From positions 11,408,001 to 11,472,000 of the forward strand of contig JBHGNT010000008.1 in NCBI GenBank assembly GCA_043228905.1: 64,000 bases of DNA, in the 5' to 3' direction. This document shows, piece by piece, positions 19,484 through 32,007 of this stretch (position 1 is the stretch's first letter; every line of letters begins with the position of its first letter). Below the pieces are notes generated by a model. That model was not told the DNA's origin. It worked only from the letters and a program-made list of their open reading frames with translations, and did no database searches. The stretch is from Azolla caroliniana. Lineage: Eukaryota; Plantae; Polypodiophyta. The position numbers were made by a program, and so were the translations under genes.

Positions 19484-22400
19484 TGACAGGAACACACGCT
19501 CTCGATGAACAATTCTTGGCCACAACCGAGCTTAGAATCATAAAACACAGAAAAAACGGGGAAAGAAGGCACGACACAGTGAGGAGAAGAGTACACAGGA
19601 TGTTTACGTGGAAAACCCAAATACGGGAAAAACCATGGCAGCCCACAAACTGCAAACTATCACTATGTCAGAATGTACAAAATGGTAAAGCACCGAGGCA
19701 ACGACCTCTTCCTCTCTCTCACTCTCTCTATACACAGTTGCGCGCTCTAATCTTGCGCCAACAATAACAACAACATCATAGATCTCAACAACAGTTTGCC
19801 CTAAGTCATATTTATACTAAAATGACTTTTCGCCTATTTACAAATATAGCCCCGATGGACTCTTAGAAACATATTTACGAATCTGTCCCTTCATCCGGTG
19901 AGCACTCTTCACCTTCACCGGGCCTCCATCATCCGGTTCTCACCGGGTCATCCGTAGCCGGGTACTCCTAATCCGGTTCGAACCGGGTCTTCATCATCCG
20001 GTTCTCACCGGGTCATCCGTAGCCGGGTACTCCTCATCCGGTTCTAACCTGGTCTTCATCATCCGGTTCTCACTGGGTCATCTGTAGCCGGGTACTCCTC
20101 ATCCGGTTCTCACTGGGTCTTCATCATCCGGAGGGACTTGTTTCCTAACAAACTTCCCCTTCACTCCGGCATGGGGTGTCTTACCAGTCCGACCCGCTTC
20201 CGGCATGCACCTAGCTTGTCAGGTGTCAGTACTTTGGTTAGCATATCTGACCCGTTCTCGACCGTGTGGATCTTCGTCAGCGCGAACTCCTAGTCATCTA
20301 CTCTTTCCCGGATCCAGTGATACCTTCGCTGGATATGCTTTGTCCGGGAAAGGTAGGCCACATTCTTAGCAAGGTGGATGGCACTTTGACTGTCGCAGTA
20401 GAGCCGGTATTCATCTTGCCGGATACCGAGCTCTCCGATGAAGTCCTTCATCCATAATATTTCCTTGCCGGCTTCCACAGCCGCCATGTACTCCGCTTCC
20501 GTGGTTGACAGCGCAACAGTCTTCTCCAGCCTCGACTGCCATGAAACAGCTCCCCCTGCATATGTCATTACATACCTGGATGTAGACCGACTGGTATCCA
20601 CTTTATCCGACATGTCCGAATCGGTAAAACCGTCAAGTTGAGGTTTACTGGAGCCAAATCGGAGACACATGTTCGAAGTGCCCTTCAAGTACTAGAGTAT
20701 CCATTTGATCGCGTTTTAGTGCTCCTTGCCGGGATTGCTCATAAACCGGCTCACCACTCCGACTGCGTATCCAATATCTAGTCGAGTACACACCATTGCG
20801 TACATTAAGCTCCCGAAAGCAGAGGCATATGGAACCTTCATCATATCCGCCTTCTCTACTTTCGTCTTCGGGCTTTGCTTACCGGATAACCTGCAGTTTG
20901 TCGGAAGTGTTGATCCGACCGGTTTCGCATCTGACATGTTGAACCGCTGAAGCACCTTTGTCAAGTACTTCTCCTTTGACAGCCACAGTTGCTTCGTTGG
21001 CCGGTTCCGGATGATATGCATCCCCAGCATCTGTCTTGCCGGACCCAAGTCTTTCATTGAGAAGGTCCGGTTGATAGCCTTCTTCAGCATCCATATTTTG
21101 GTTTGGTCCCGTCCGAGGATCAACATGTCGTCCACATACAGAAGGAGTATCAGGAAGTCGCCTCCTTCGAACTTCTTCACAAACATGCAGAGATCGGCCT
21201 GCGTCTTGTGGTACCCTTGATCGGTCATGAAGGAGTCGAACTTCCGGTACCATTGTCGGGGGGCCTACTTCAACCGGAAAACTAGGTGCTCCTTCCCTTT
21301 CTCCACGAATCCTTCCGGTTGCTGCATGTAGATCTCCTCTTCGAGGTCACCGTGAAGGAATGTCGTCTTCACGTCCAGCTGCTCTACCTCGAGGTCCATG
21401 CTTGCCGCTAAACTCAACACCGTCCGGATGGAGGTCATCTTTACTACCGGGGCAAATATCTCATCGAAGTCCACGCCCTTCTTCTGCTGGAACCCCTTCA
21501 CCACGATCCTGGCTTTGTATCTCGGGGGGTTGCCGGCATCTCCCAGTTTCAACTTGTACACCCACTTATTTCGGAGTGCCCGCTTTCCTTTCGGCAACTC
21601 CACCAAACAAACATATGGTTCTCATGCAGGGAATCCATCTCATCCTGCATGGCACTTAACCATTTTCGGCTGTGGGTGTCATCCTTCGCTTCTTCGAAGC
21701 TTTCTGGCTCCCCCTCATCGGTTAGCAACACATGCTTTGCATCCGGAAATCTCGGGGGGGGGCTTCTCTCTCTGAGAGGATATCTCCGTCTCTGGGCTTC
21801 GGTAACCGGCTCCTCCATTTGCTCTTCATCCGAAACCGATTCAGGGTCTTGGCCGGTTCCCGTTTCAGCTTCCTCTACTTCTTCTTCTGCCGGTTCGGTA
21901 TCCTCACCGTAACCGGTTGGTTCCTCGAGTACTAACCGGTCTCTTGCGGGTTGGGTCTGCTCATCGTGGAATCGATCCTTACCTGTCAACTTGGAGTTCA
22001 TTATCTTCTTCTCTGACACCCAATCGGCGAGCGTCTTGTCCTCCATGAAGATAATATCTTGACTCCGGAATACCTTCTTGTCGACCAGGTCCCACACTCG
22101 GTAGCCGAACTCATCGTCACCGTAACCGAGGAATATGCATGGCCGGGTCTTTGGATCCAACTTTTCTCTCCGGTCCTTAGCTACATGCACGTACGCGAGA
22201 CACCTGAATACCTTCAGATGCCGGTAGGATACTTCCTTACCGGTCCATACTCTCTGTGGCATGTCTCCGTCCAAGGGTACTAAGGGTGATCTGTTTATCA
22301 CATATGTCAACGTCAACAATGCCTCAGCCCAAAACTTCTTGGGTAGTTTTGCATGCGCCAGCATACTCCGGACCCTCTCCATTATGGTCCGGTTCATCCT

Positions 22401-24318
22401 CTCGGCTAGCCCGTTTAGTTCCAGTGTCTTCGGCATGGTAATTTCGAACCGGATTCCCTTAGAGCGACAGTACTCCTCGAACTGCCCTAGGTATTCACCT
22501 CCGTTATCTGCTCGAACCGCCTTCAGCTTCCGGCCGGTTTCTCTTTCCACTCTCGCGTGGAGCTCTTTGAAGACGGATAACACATGATCCCTCGTCTTCA
22601 ACGGTGTGGCCCACAGCTTCCGGCTGTGGTCATCTATGAACGTCACGAAGTACTGCGATCCTGCATATGACTTCGTGTCCACTTGACACACATCAGTATG
22701 CACCAACTCTAGTGGTGCATTACGTCTCATCGGTGGCCTTGGTCGGAAGGAGGTCCGGTTTTGCTTTCCGGCCAGACAATCAGTGCACTTCTCCAAGTGC
22801 ACGTTCTTCATTGGAATGAGGTTGTCTTCTGCAAGCCTCTTCATCCCCTTCTCGCTCATGTGACACAGCCTCTTGTGCCACAGATCACCGGCAGTGTCGG
22901 ATGCCACGTTCACTTCCTCCGGACATAACCGAGCATTCATCAGGTACAACGTGTTTACCTTCCAGGACCAAGCCACATTAAGGCTCCCTTTGCTGAACTT
23001 CATAACACCGTTCCGGACGCTACCCATGTGCCTTCATCATCTAGCCGACCGGCTGATATTAGGTTCAGACGAACCTCCGGAACGTGTCGGACATCCTTCA
23101 GCAACATCTTGCATCCGGTTGGTGTTGTCAACCACACGTCTCCTATGCCGACAATTCGACATGTACCTTCATTCCCCATCCGGACACAGTCGTGATCACC
23201 GGTTGAGTAGGATGAGAAGCATTTCCGGTCTGGGGTAAGGTGGAATGACGCTCTGGAGTCAACCACCCAGGTCATCTCGTCGCCGGCAAGGTTTATCTCA
23301 CTCTCCTCGGTGACGAGCATCAACTCTTCTTCACTTGCCGCGATTGCCGTCGTTCCCTTCCGGTTCGGCCCCTTCTGGTCTTGACCGTTCCGGTCTGGTG
23401 TTCGCTTCGAATCGGTACCGTCGGTTTCCCAGAACTAAACTGGCAACCAAAGATCTTTAACCACGAGCATGTCCCTCATCTTCGACTTCCACACCGAATA
23501 GTTGGAGTCGGTGAGCTTGAACATGCCTCCCAACGAATCGTCCATTTTCTGTGTCGTTTTCCTCTAATACCACTTTGACAAGAACACACGCTCCCGATGA
23601 ACAATGCTCGGCCACAACCGAGCTTAGAATCATAAAACACAGAAAAAATGGGGAAAGAAGGCACGACACAGTGAGGAGAAGAGTACACAGGATGTTTACA
23701 TGGAAAACCCAAATACAGGAAAAACCACGACAGCCCACAGACTGCAAACTATCACTATGTCAGAATGTACAAAATGGTTAAGCACCGAGGCAACGACCTC
23801 GAGCTTTCTATCTTCGCCACAAGCGGCAGTTACAACAGAGGCAACGACCTCTTCCTCTCTCTCACTCTCTCTGTACACAGTTGCGCGCTCTAATCTTGCG
23901 CCAACAATAACAACAACATCACAGACCTCAACAACAATTTGCCCTAAGTCATATTTATACTAAAATGACTTTTCGGCTATTTACAAATATAGCCCCAATG
24001 GACTCTCAGAAACATATTTACGAATATGTCCCTTCATCCGGTGAGCATTCTTCACCGGGCCTATGTCATCCGGATCTCACCGGGTACTCCTCATCCGGTT
24101 CTAACCAGATCTTCATCATCCGTAGCCGGATACTCCTCATCCGGTTCTAACCGAGTCTTCATCATCCGGTTCTCACCGGGTCATCCGTAACCGGGTACTC
24201 CTCATCCGGTTCTAACCGGGTCTTCATCATCCGGTTCGCACCGGGTCATCCGTAGCCGGGTACTCCTCATCCGATTCTCACCGGGTCTTCATCATCCGGA
24301 GGGACCTGTTTCCTAACA
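19484..24318 (-). mobile_element. Ty1/copia element E (same family as H), with a ~640-bp gag deletion at ~23430
   Basis: LTRs 19484-20150 and 23576-24318. TSD CGGTC/TGGTC. Mutated iMet PBS 23562-23572. PPT after 20150. pol ORFs 20290-23323. Confidence 0.9.
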
Positions 24319-27300
24319 TGGTCCTCACAAGAGACTGGAACACGAATGGCAGTGAGCGACCACGTGGCACTCATTGGGGACACGAATACGAACGGGAGTG
24401 AGCAGCCATGTGCGGTCTTCACTAGGAACACGAACACGAACGGGCGTGAGCGACCATGCGGCCCTCACCGGGAACTCAAACACGAATGGGCGTGAGCGAC
24501 CATGCAGCCCTCACCGGTAACTGGAACACGAACACCAACGGGAGTGTGCGGCCTTGTGCGAACCTCACTGGGAACTCGAACATGAACACCAACGGTAGTG
24601 AGCGGTCTTGTGCGGCCCTCATCGGGAACTGGAACACGAACACCAATGGGAGTGAGCGGCCTTGTGCAGCCCTCACCGGGAACTAGAACACGAACACGAA
24701 TGAGAAAGAAACTAAAAAGTAGAGACAATGATGAGGAGAACTAAAAGCCAATGAAAATGATGAGAAGAAACTAAGACATATAAATGCCGAGGAAGATAGG
24801 AATTGAAGCGATGTTGATGATGGTACGATGTCGATGGTAACTCTAGAAGCAAGGGTGATGACGGAGACGGGTGATGCTTCTAGATTGGAAGGTGAACAAA
24901 CTGTCACGGACACAGCAAGGGCGGACTAAGACGGAGCACGGATGATGAGGATAATGACACAAGAGCATAAAGTAGAGATAAAGATTAAGGATACAAGATT
25001 GGGCGAAATGAGAATACTAGATTGATATGTCCATGACTGGCGTTGTTCACCTTGAATTCCTTCAAGGTGAACTCGACTATTATACTAAGTGGCATGCATA
25101 CCTGTTGCACGCATGTGATCAATAGAGCATGTAGGCAGTAGGTACGCATGCATGTGCCAAGTGTTAATAATACAAGGGAGAAATTATGCACATGATGCTA
25201 GCTAAAACCTACAATGAGGAAGTATATACATGATTATATGCTAGATGTGTGGTTAACACATAATACTCAATTACAAAATGGGTATGTCAGAGTTCGAATC
25301 TTGACATTATCCCCCATCCAACGATGCCTCCCAAATCGTTTGTCGGCTTAAGGGGATATTGTTGATGAAAATCTTAGATCACCTCCAAAGTATTTTATAA
25401 ACCCTAGACAAGGGAGTAACCCTCCCACTAGACGAGGTTCCACAAGGCCACTCACTCCCGTTGGTGTTCGTGTTCCAGTTCCAGTGAGGGCCGCACAAGG
25501 CCGCTCACTCCCATTGGTGTTCGTGTTTCTAGTTCTCGGTGAGGGCCGCACAAGGCGCTCACTCCCGTTGGTGTTCGTGTTCTAGTTCCCGGTGACGTCC
25601 GCACAAGGTCGTTCACTCCCATTGGTGTTCGTGTTCCAGTTCCTGGTGAGGGCCGCATGATCGCTCACGCCCGTTCGTGTTCTAGTTCCCGGTGAGGTCC
25701 ACACAAGGCCACTCACTCTGTTGGTGTTCGTGTTCCAGTTCCTAGTGAGGGCCGCATTGTCGCTCACGCCCGTTCGTGTTACAGTTCCCGGTGAGGGCCT
25801 CATGGTCGCTCACGCCTGTTCCCGATGAGGGCCGCATCGTCGCTCACATCCACTCTTGTTCCTGTTCCCGGTGAGGGCCGCATGGTCGCTCACTCCCATT
25901 CGTATTCCATTCTTCGGTGAGGACCGCACGACCGCTCACTCTAACTATTGTTCGTGTTCCAGATGCCGGTGAGGACCAACATGGTCGCTAATGCCCGTTG
26001 TTGTTCATGTTCAGTTCCCGGTGAGGAGCACACATGGTCGATTATTCCCGTTTGTGTTCCTGTTCCCAGTGAGGGCCACATGGTCACTCACTAGTTCGTG
26101 TTCAAATTCTCGGTGAGGAAAACATGGTTGCTCACGCCCGTTGGTGTTCGTGTTCCAACTCTCAGCAAGGACCGTTCCAGTTCTCGACAAGGACCACACA
26201 TGGTCACTCATCCGCCTTGGTATTTATGCTCCCCATGAGGACAACACATGATCGCTCACACCTGTTGATATTTGTGTTCTAGTCCTAGGTGAGGACCACA
26301 CATGGTCGCTCATGCCCGTTGGTGTTGAATACCTTGTCTTGTGGAAGGGTTCCTCCTTGTCAACGATTTACAAAATACTTTGGAGGTGATCTAAGATTTT
26401 CATCAACAAGATCCCCTTAAGCCGACAAACGATTTGGGAGGGCATCATTGGAGGGGGGATAATGTCAAGATTTGAACTCTTGACATGACGATGTTATAAT
26501 CGAGTGTTATGTGTTAACCACACATCTATCATATAATCATGTATATACTTCCTCATTGTAGGTTTTAGCTAGCATCTTGTGCATAATTTCTCTCTTGTAT
26601 TATTTACACTTGGCACGTGCATGCGTACCTACTGCCTACATGCTCTATTGTATCACATGCGTGCAACAGGTATGCATGCCACTTAGTATCAACGCCAGTG
26701 ATGGACATATCAATCTAGTATTCGCATTTCGCCCATCCTCTCTCCTTGATCTTCGTCTCTATCTTTATGCTCGATTGATATGTCCATGAAGATGGGCGAA
26801 ACGAGAATACTAGATTGATATGTCCCTTGAATTCCTTAAAGGTGAACTCAACTATTTATACTAAGTGGCATGCATACCTTTTGCACGCATGTGATACAAT
26901 AGAGCATGTAGGTAGTAGGTACTCATGCATGTGCCAAGTGTAAATAATACAAGGGAGCAATTATGCACATGATGCTATCTAAAAAGTACAAGGAAAAATT
27001 ACATATGAGTATATGTGAGATATGTTGGTAAACACGCAACACTTCATTATAACGTGCTCATGTCAAGAGTTCGAATCTTGACATCGACCATGTGTGATCC
27101 TCACTGAGAATTGGAACATGAACCGGAATGGGCATGAGCGACCATGTCAGTCCTCGCCAGGATGTGGAACATGAAAAATAATTGGAGTGAGCGACCATGT
27201 CAGTCCTCACCAGGATGTGGAAAATGAAAAATAATTGGAGTGAGCGACCATGTGCGGTCCTCACGGGAGATTGGAACACGAACGGGAGTGAGCGACCATG

Positions 27301-27590
27301 CGGCACTCACTGGGGACACAAACACGAACGGGAGTGAGCAGCCATGTGCGGTCTTCACCGAGAACTCAAACACGAATGGACGTGAGCGACCATACGGCCC
27401 TCACCGACAACTGGAACACGAACACCATTTGTAGTGTGCGGCCTTGTGCGGACCTCACCGGGAACTCGAACACGAACACCAACGGGAGTGAGCGGCCTTG
27501 TGCGGCCCTCACCGAGAACTGGAACACGAACACCAATGGGAGTGAGTGGCCTTGTGCGGTCCTCACCGGGAACTAGAACACGAACACGTT

Positions 27591-30500
27591 CTCCCCCTCA
27601 AGTGTGGCACGTCGAGATGCTGAACACCAAGCATTTCGGTGAAGTGCTACAACTTGTCCAATCCAAGTGGTTTGGTGAAGATGTCGGCAACTTGCCGATC
27701 CATTTGAACATACCAAAGTTCAACCTCACCGCTTAGGACACGCTCACGCACGAAGTGATAATGCACTTCTATGTGTTTTGTGCGAGCATGGAATACATGG
27801 TTCTTGGCGAGTTGCATGCTGCTTATGTTGTCGCAGTAGACCAGAATCGGGGTCGAGACCTCGATCTGTAGGTTTTGCAGCAGTCGTCGAAGCCAAATGG
27901 TTTCACAGGTGGCAATAGTAGCGCCCCGATACTCAGCCTCAGTGCTCGACAGAGCAATTGTTGGATGCTTTTTGCCGCTCCACGCAACAACCGCACTACC
28001 TAGGGAAAACATGTAACCGGAGGTTGATCAGTGATCTGACGCATTGCCGGCCCAGTCGGCATCTGTGTCACCAACCAGCTCTTCGGTTATACCTCACCGG
28101 TATAACAGTCCCCGGTCCTTCGTGCCGCTTACATATCGCAGTATCCGTTGCGCGCACGAAAGGTGCTCCACGGTCGGCTTTTGCATGAATTGACTTTTCA
28201 TTCCGACCGGATAGCTAATGTTGGGTTGGGTGATGGTCAGGTAAATAAGGCTGCCGACAATTTGTCGGAACCGTTTCTCGTTGCAGGCCAGTCCGGTGTT
28301 GGGACGGAGCTTCTGGTTCCGGTCCAAGGGTGTGGACACAGGTCGACATTTTGTCCTGCCGAACTTGTACAACATATTCAAGACGTAATGTCGTTGTGAG
28401 AGTAATATGCTGTCGGGGGTTTGGATCACCTCGATCCCAAGAAAATAATGAAGGTCCCCCAGATCCTTCATCTCAAATGCGTCCGACAACTGGGACTTGA
28501 CGCGGTTGATTTCTAGAACTCCTGGTCCCGTGATGACTAGATCATCAACATACAACAGTATACATACCAGACTGGCTGAGCCTTGCCGGATGAACAATGA
28601 AGAGTCTGATTTGGAGGCCACAAACCCCATCTTCGCAACCGATGCGTGATCTTCGCATTCCATGCTAAAGGGGCTTGCTTCAGGCCGTACAACGACTTCT
28701 TCAGCCGGCATACCGCCGACTTGTTTATCTCCGATTGAAAACTGGGAGACTGATTCATAAAGACTTCTTCTTTAAGATCACCTTGAAGAAATGCATTCTT
28801 CACATCCATCTGATGAAGATGCCACCCCCTTGCCGCAGCAACCGCCAACACCACACAAACCGTCGTCATCTTCGCTACAGGAGCGAAGGTCTCGTCGTAG
28901 TCGATTCCGTGGGTCTGCGCATATCCCTTCGCCACTAACTGGGCCTTGTACCGGTTAACTGAACCGTCGGTGTTGTACTTTACTTTGTACACCCACTTAC
29001 ATCCGATCGGTTTACAGTGACGAGGAGGGTCAACTAGGTCCCATGTCTTGTTGACATCAAGTGCCTGCATTTCTTCCTCCATAGCGGCACACCAATTTGC
29101 ATCCTTGGCCGCTTCTACGTAGCTCTCCCGCTCACGCACTTCCGCCACCTTAGTCATGTACGCATAGTGATGCGCCATGTAGTCATTGTACCTGTACCGC
29201 TTGACGGGATCCTTCTAGCGGGTGGACTGACGTAACTCACTATTACCCGGTTTGACGCCCTTCTTGGCCGATTCAGTCTTCGTTGCCGAAGGTCCGCCTT
29301 TCTCCTTGCCGGAGTCGGATGCACACTGATCTGACTCATCCTTGCCGGTTTCTAATTCCGGCATCTTCTTCTTCCCCTTCTCCTTGCGCATGAACCGTTG
29401 CCTCGGTTCCTTGCGCGGGGAGTGCACGACAGAGTCTCCACTAGTCGCTGGTTCCTCATCGGACTGGTCAGATTGACTCAGTCTCTCGTTTGGCCCACTC
29501 AACTGGAACGATTCCGGACTCTCATCCTGAGTCCACGCTTCATCATCCTCTACTTGGGCCGGTTCAGGCTGACTAGCCTCATCCACCGGCATCGGGTCGG
29601 AATCGGAAGTCGGAGTCGATAAGGAATACCATGATGCCGATTCATCGAACTCGACATCTCGACTAACTCGGACCGGCTTTGTCCGGGGGTTATAACACTT
29701 ATAACCCTTCTGCTCTTGAGCTTAGCCAATTAGGATGCATTTTTCCGATTTTGCATCCAGCTTCCTCCGCTTCTCTTCTGGTACATGCACATATGCAATG
29801 CTACCAAAGATCTTAAGGTGTCTCAAATTCGGCTTGCGCCCGAAATACAGCTCGTGAGCTGACACCTTGTCACCGATCCGGTTCTGGATGTAGACAGTCG
29901 TTTGGACTGCCTCCGCCCAGTAGAATTTGGGCATGCTCTTCTCCTCCAGCATTGCCCTTGCCACATCAATAAGCAATCGGTTCTTCTTCTCGGCAACACC
30001 GTTCTGTTGCGGTGTGTATCTGTAGTTGAACTCTCGCCGAATTCCCATTTGCTGCAGATAACTGTTGAATTGGCCGGAAGAGTATTCTTTCCCGCCACCC
30101 GACCGCAAGCATTTGATCTTCCTCTCCGATTCCCATTCCACCATGCTTTGGAGACTCCAGAAACACTCGAAGACTTCACTCTTCCACTCAATGAGGTAGA
30201 TCCATGTGTGCCGCGTATAGTCGTCGATGAAGGAGACGAAATATCGACTCCCGCCAAGACTAACATTCTGTGTCGGTCCCCACACATCCGAATGGATAAG
30301 GTCGAGCTTGTTACGGCTCTAGTTATGTTTGGTGGGGAATGGAAGCCGGTGTTGCTTCCCGAGTTGGTAGGCTTCACATACTTGGGCCTTCAGGCCACTG
30401 AACTTTGGCAAACCGAAAATAACTTGTTTCATTTGCAGGTCTTGAAGCCTCCGGTAATTCACGTGGCCTATCCGCTTGTGCCACAGGTTGATGTCCAATT

Positions 30501-32007
30501 CGACCTTCTGTCCTTTTGCAAACAGAGCGGTGCCGACGTCATTGGTGTCGAGGATAAACATCCTCCCGTCTCTATGCCTTTGCGCAATAATTTGGCCCTC
30601 TTCCTCGATGAAGCACCCGAGGTGCGTAAACCGCAACTGCATACCCTGGTTGACGATCTGTTCGACCGATACCAGGTTTTTTGTGATTGTCGGAACTGTA
30701 ATACGTTCATCAGCTTCCCCTTCTGTTCGATGTGGTTCAAAGGGACTTCTCCGACGTGCACGATTGGGTGAGGAGAGTCGTCTCCGATTTCGACTACTCC
30801 TGGTTGATCCAGTTTCTCCAAAAAGGAGAACCACTCTTTGTGGCTCGTCATGTGGTTCAACGTACCAGAATCAACATACCACACTTCCTCCGATTTGGAA
30901 GTGGTCTTCTTCATCGAGTTCGCCTCGTGCTTCATCACCAAGGCTGGCCCGTTACCGTTCTTGGATCCTCACGATCCCTTCGCGTAGTGCGAGCTTTGTT
31001 GGCCATCCTTGCCAGCCTTGCCGGATCCAGATTTGTCCGTATCGGCTCTTTTTCTCCAGCACTCACTTTCTCTGTGGCCCTTTTTGCCACAATACCAGAT
31101 TTGTCTTGCCGGCCTCTGGCACCGCCTTGACTCCCCCTGCCTGTGGAAGTCCCGGAACTGCCGTCGGCACGTTTGCTGTGCCTTTGTTCTTGCTCTTGCC
31201 AGCCGCCTCCATTGCGTGCCGACCGGCCTCGTCCACCACGCCCACAGGACCGATCCGCCCCCGTGTACAACATCCGACTGTCAGTGGGTGCGCTAGTTGA
31301 TGCACCGGCGTGGTTCTCTTCTACAAGGAGCATCGACTGTAAGTCGGAAAATGACGGCGTATTCTCCCTTGTACACACCGCCGTTCGGAACGCTCTTAAC
31401 TTAGACGCCAGGCCCCCAAGACAGACCTGTACCCGCCTCGTCCACCATGCCCACGGGACCGATCCGCCCCCGTGTACAACATCCGGTTGTCAGTGGATGC
31501 GCTAGTTGACGCACCGGCGTGGTTCTCTTCTACAAGGAGCATCGACTATAATTCGAAAAATGACGGCGTATTCTCCCTTGTACACACCGCCGTTCGGAAC
31601 GCTCTTCACTTAGACGCCAGGCCCCCAAGACAGACCTGTACCATCTCGTCTTTCTCTAGGGTAACGTTGATGGAGGCAAGCGAGTCGCAGATCTCTTTGA
31701 TCCGGGCCATGTAATCCGCCACTGACATGTCCTTCTGTCGGACATTGCTCAACTCCTGTTGGAGTTGCAGCTTCCGGGTTGTAGTGCTCGCAGCGAAAAC
31801 CTTCTTCAGGTTTCCCCAAGCCTCCTTTGAAGTCTTGGCGTCTCAGATGTGGCTCAACAACTGGTCTCCGACACTAGACGCGAAGCAGTACATCACTCTG
31901 CTTGCCGATTGTTCCCACACTGGGAAATCCTTATGTGCCGCATCAGGTGTTGTTTCGTTGGCTCCTTCGACAAAACTCCAGTACCCATGCCCAAGCAGGT
32001 ACATGCT
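27591..32007 (-). pseudogene. LTR-less copia F internal region (truncated gag to RNase H plus PPT), related to B; ~208-bp tandem duplication at ~31226-31640
   Basis: WYVDSG, LWHKRIGH, YTPQQNGVAE, YKAQLVAKGY, LLYVDD, ARTKHIEVHYHF. PPT complement CTCCCCCTCAAG at 27591. Confidence 0.85.

Noticed and set aside
29902-31300. Long plus-strand ORFs (289 and 274 aa) and similar antisense ORFs over other pol genes
   Set aside because: They are shadows of the opposite-strand retrotransposon coding sequence.
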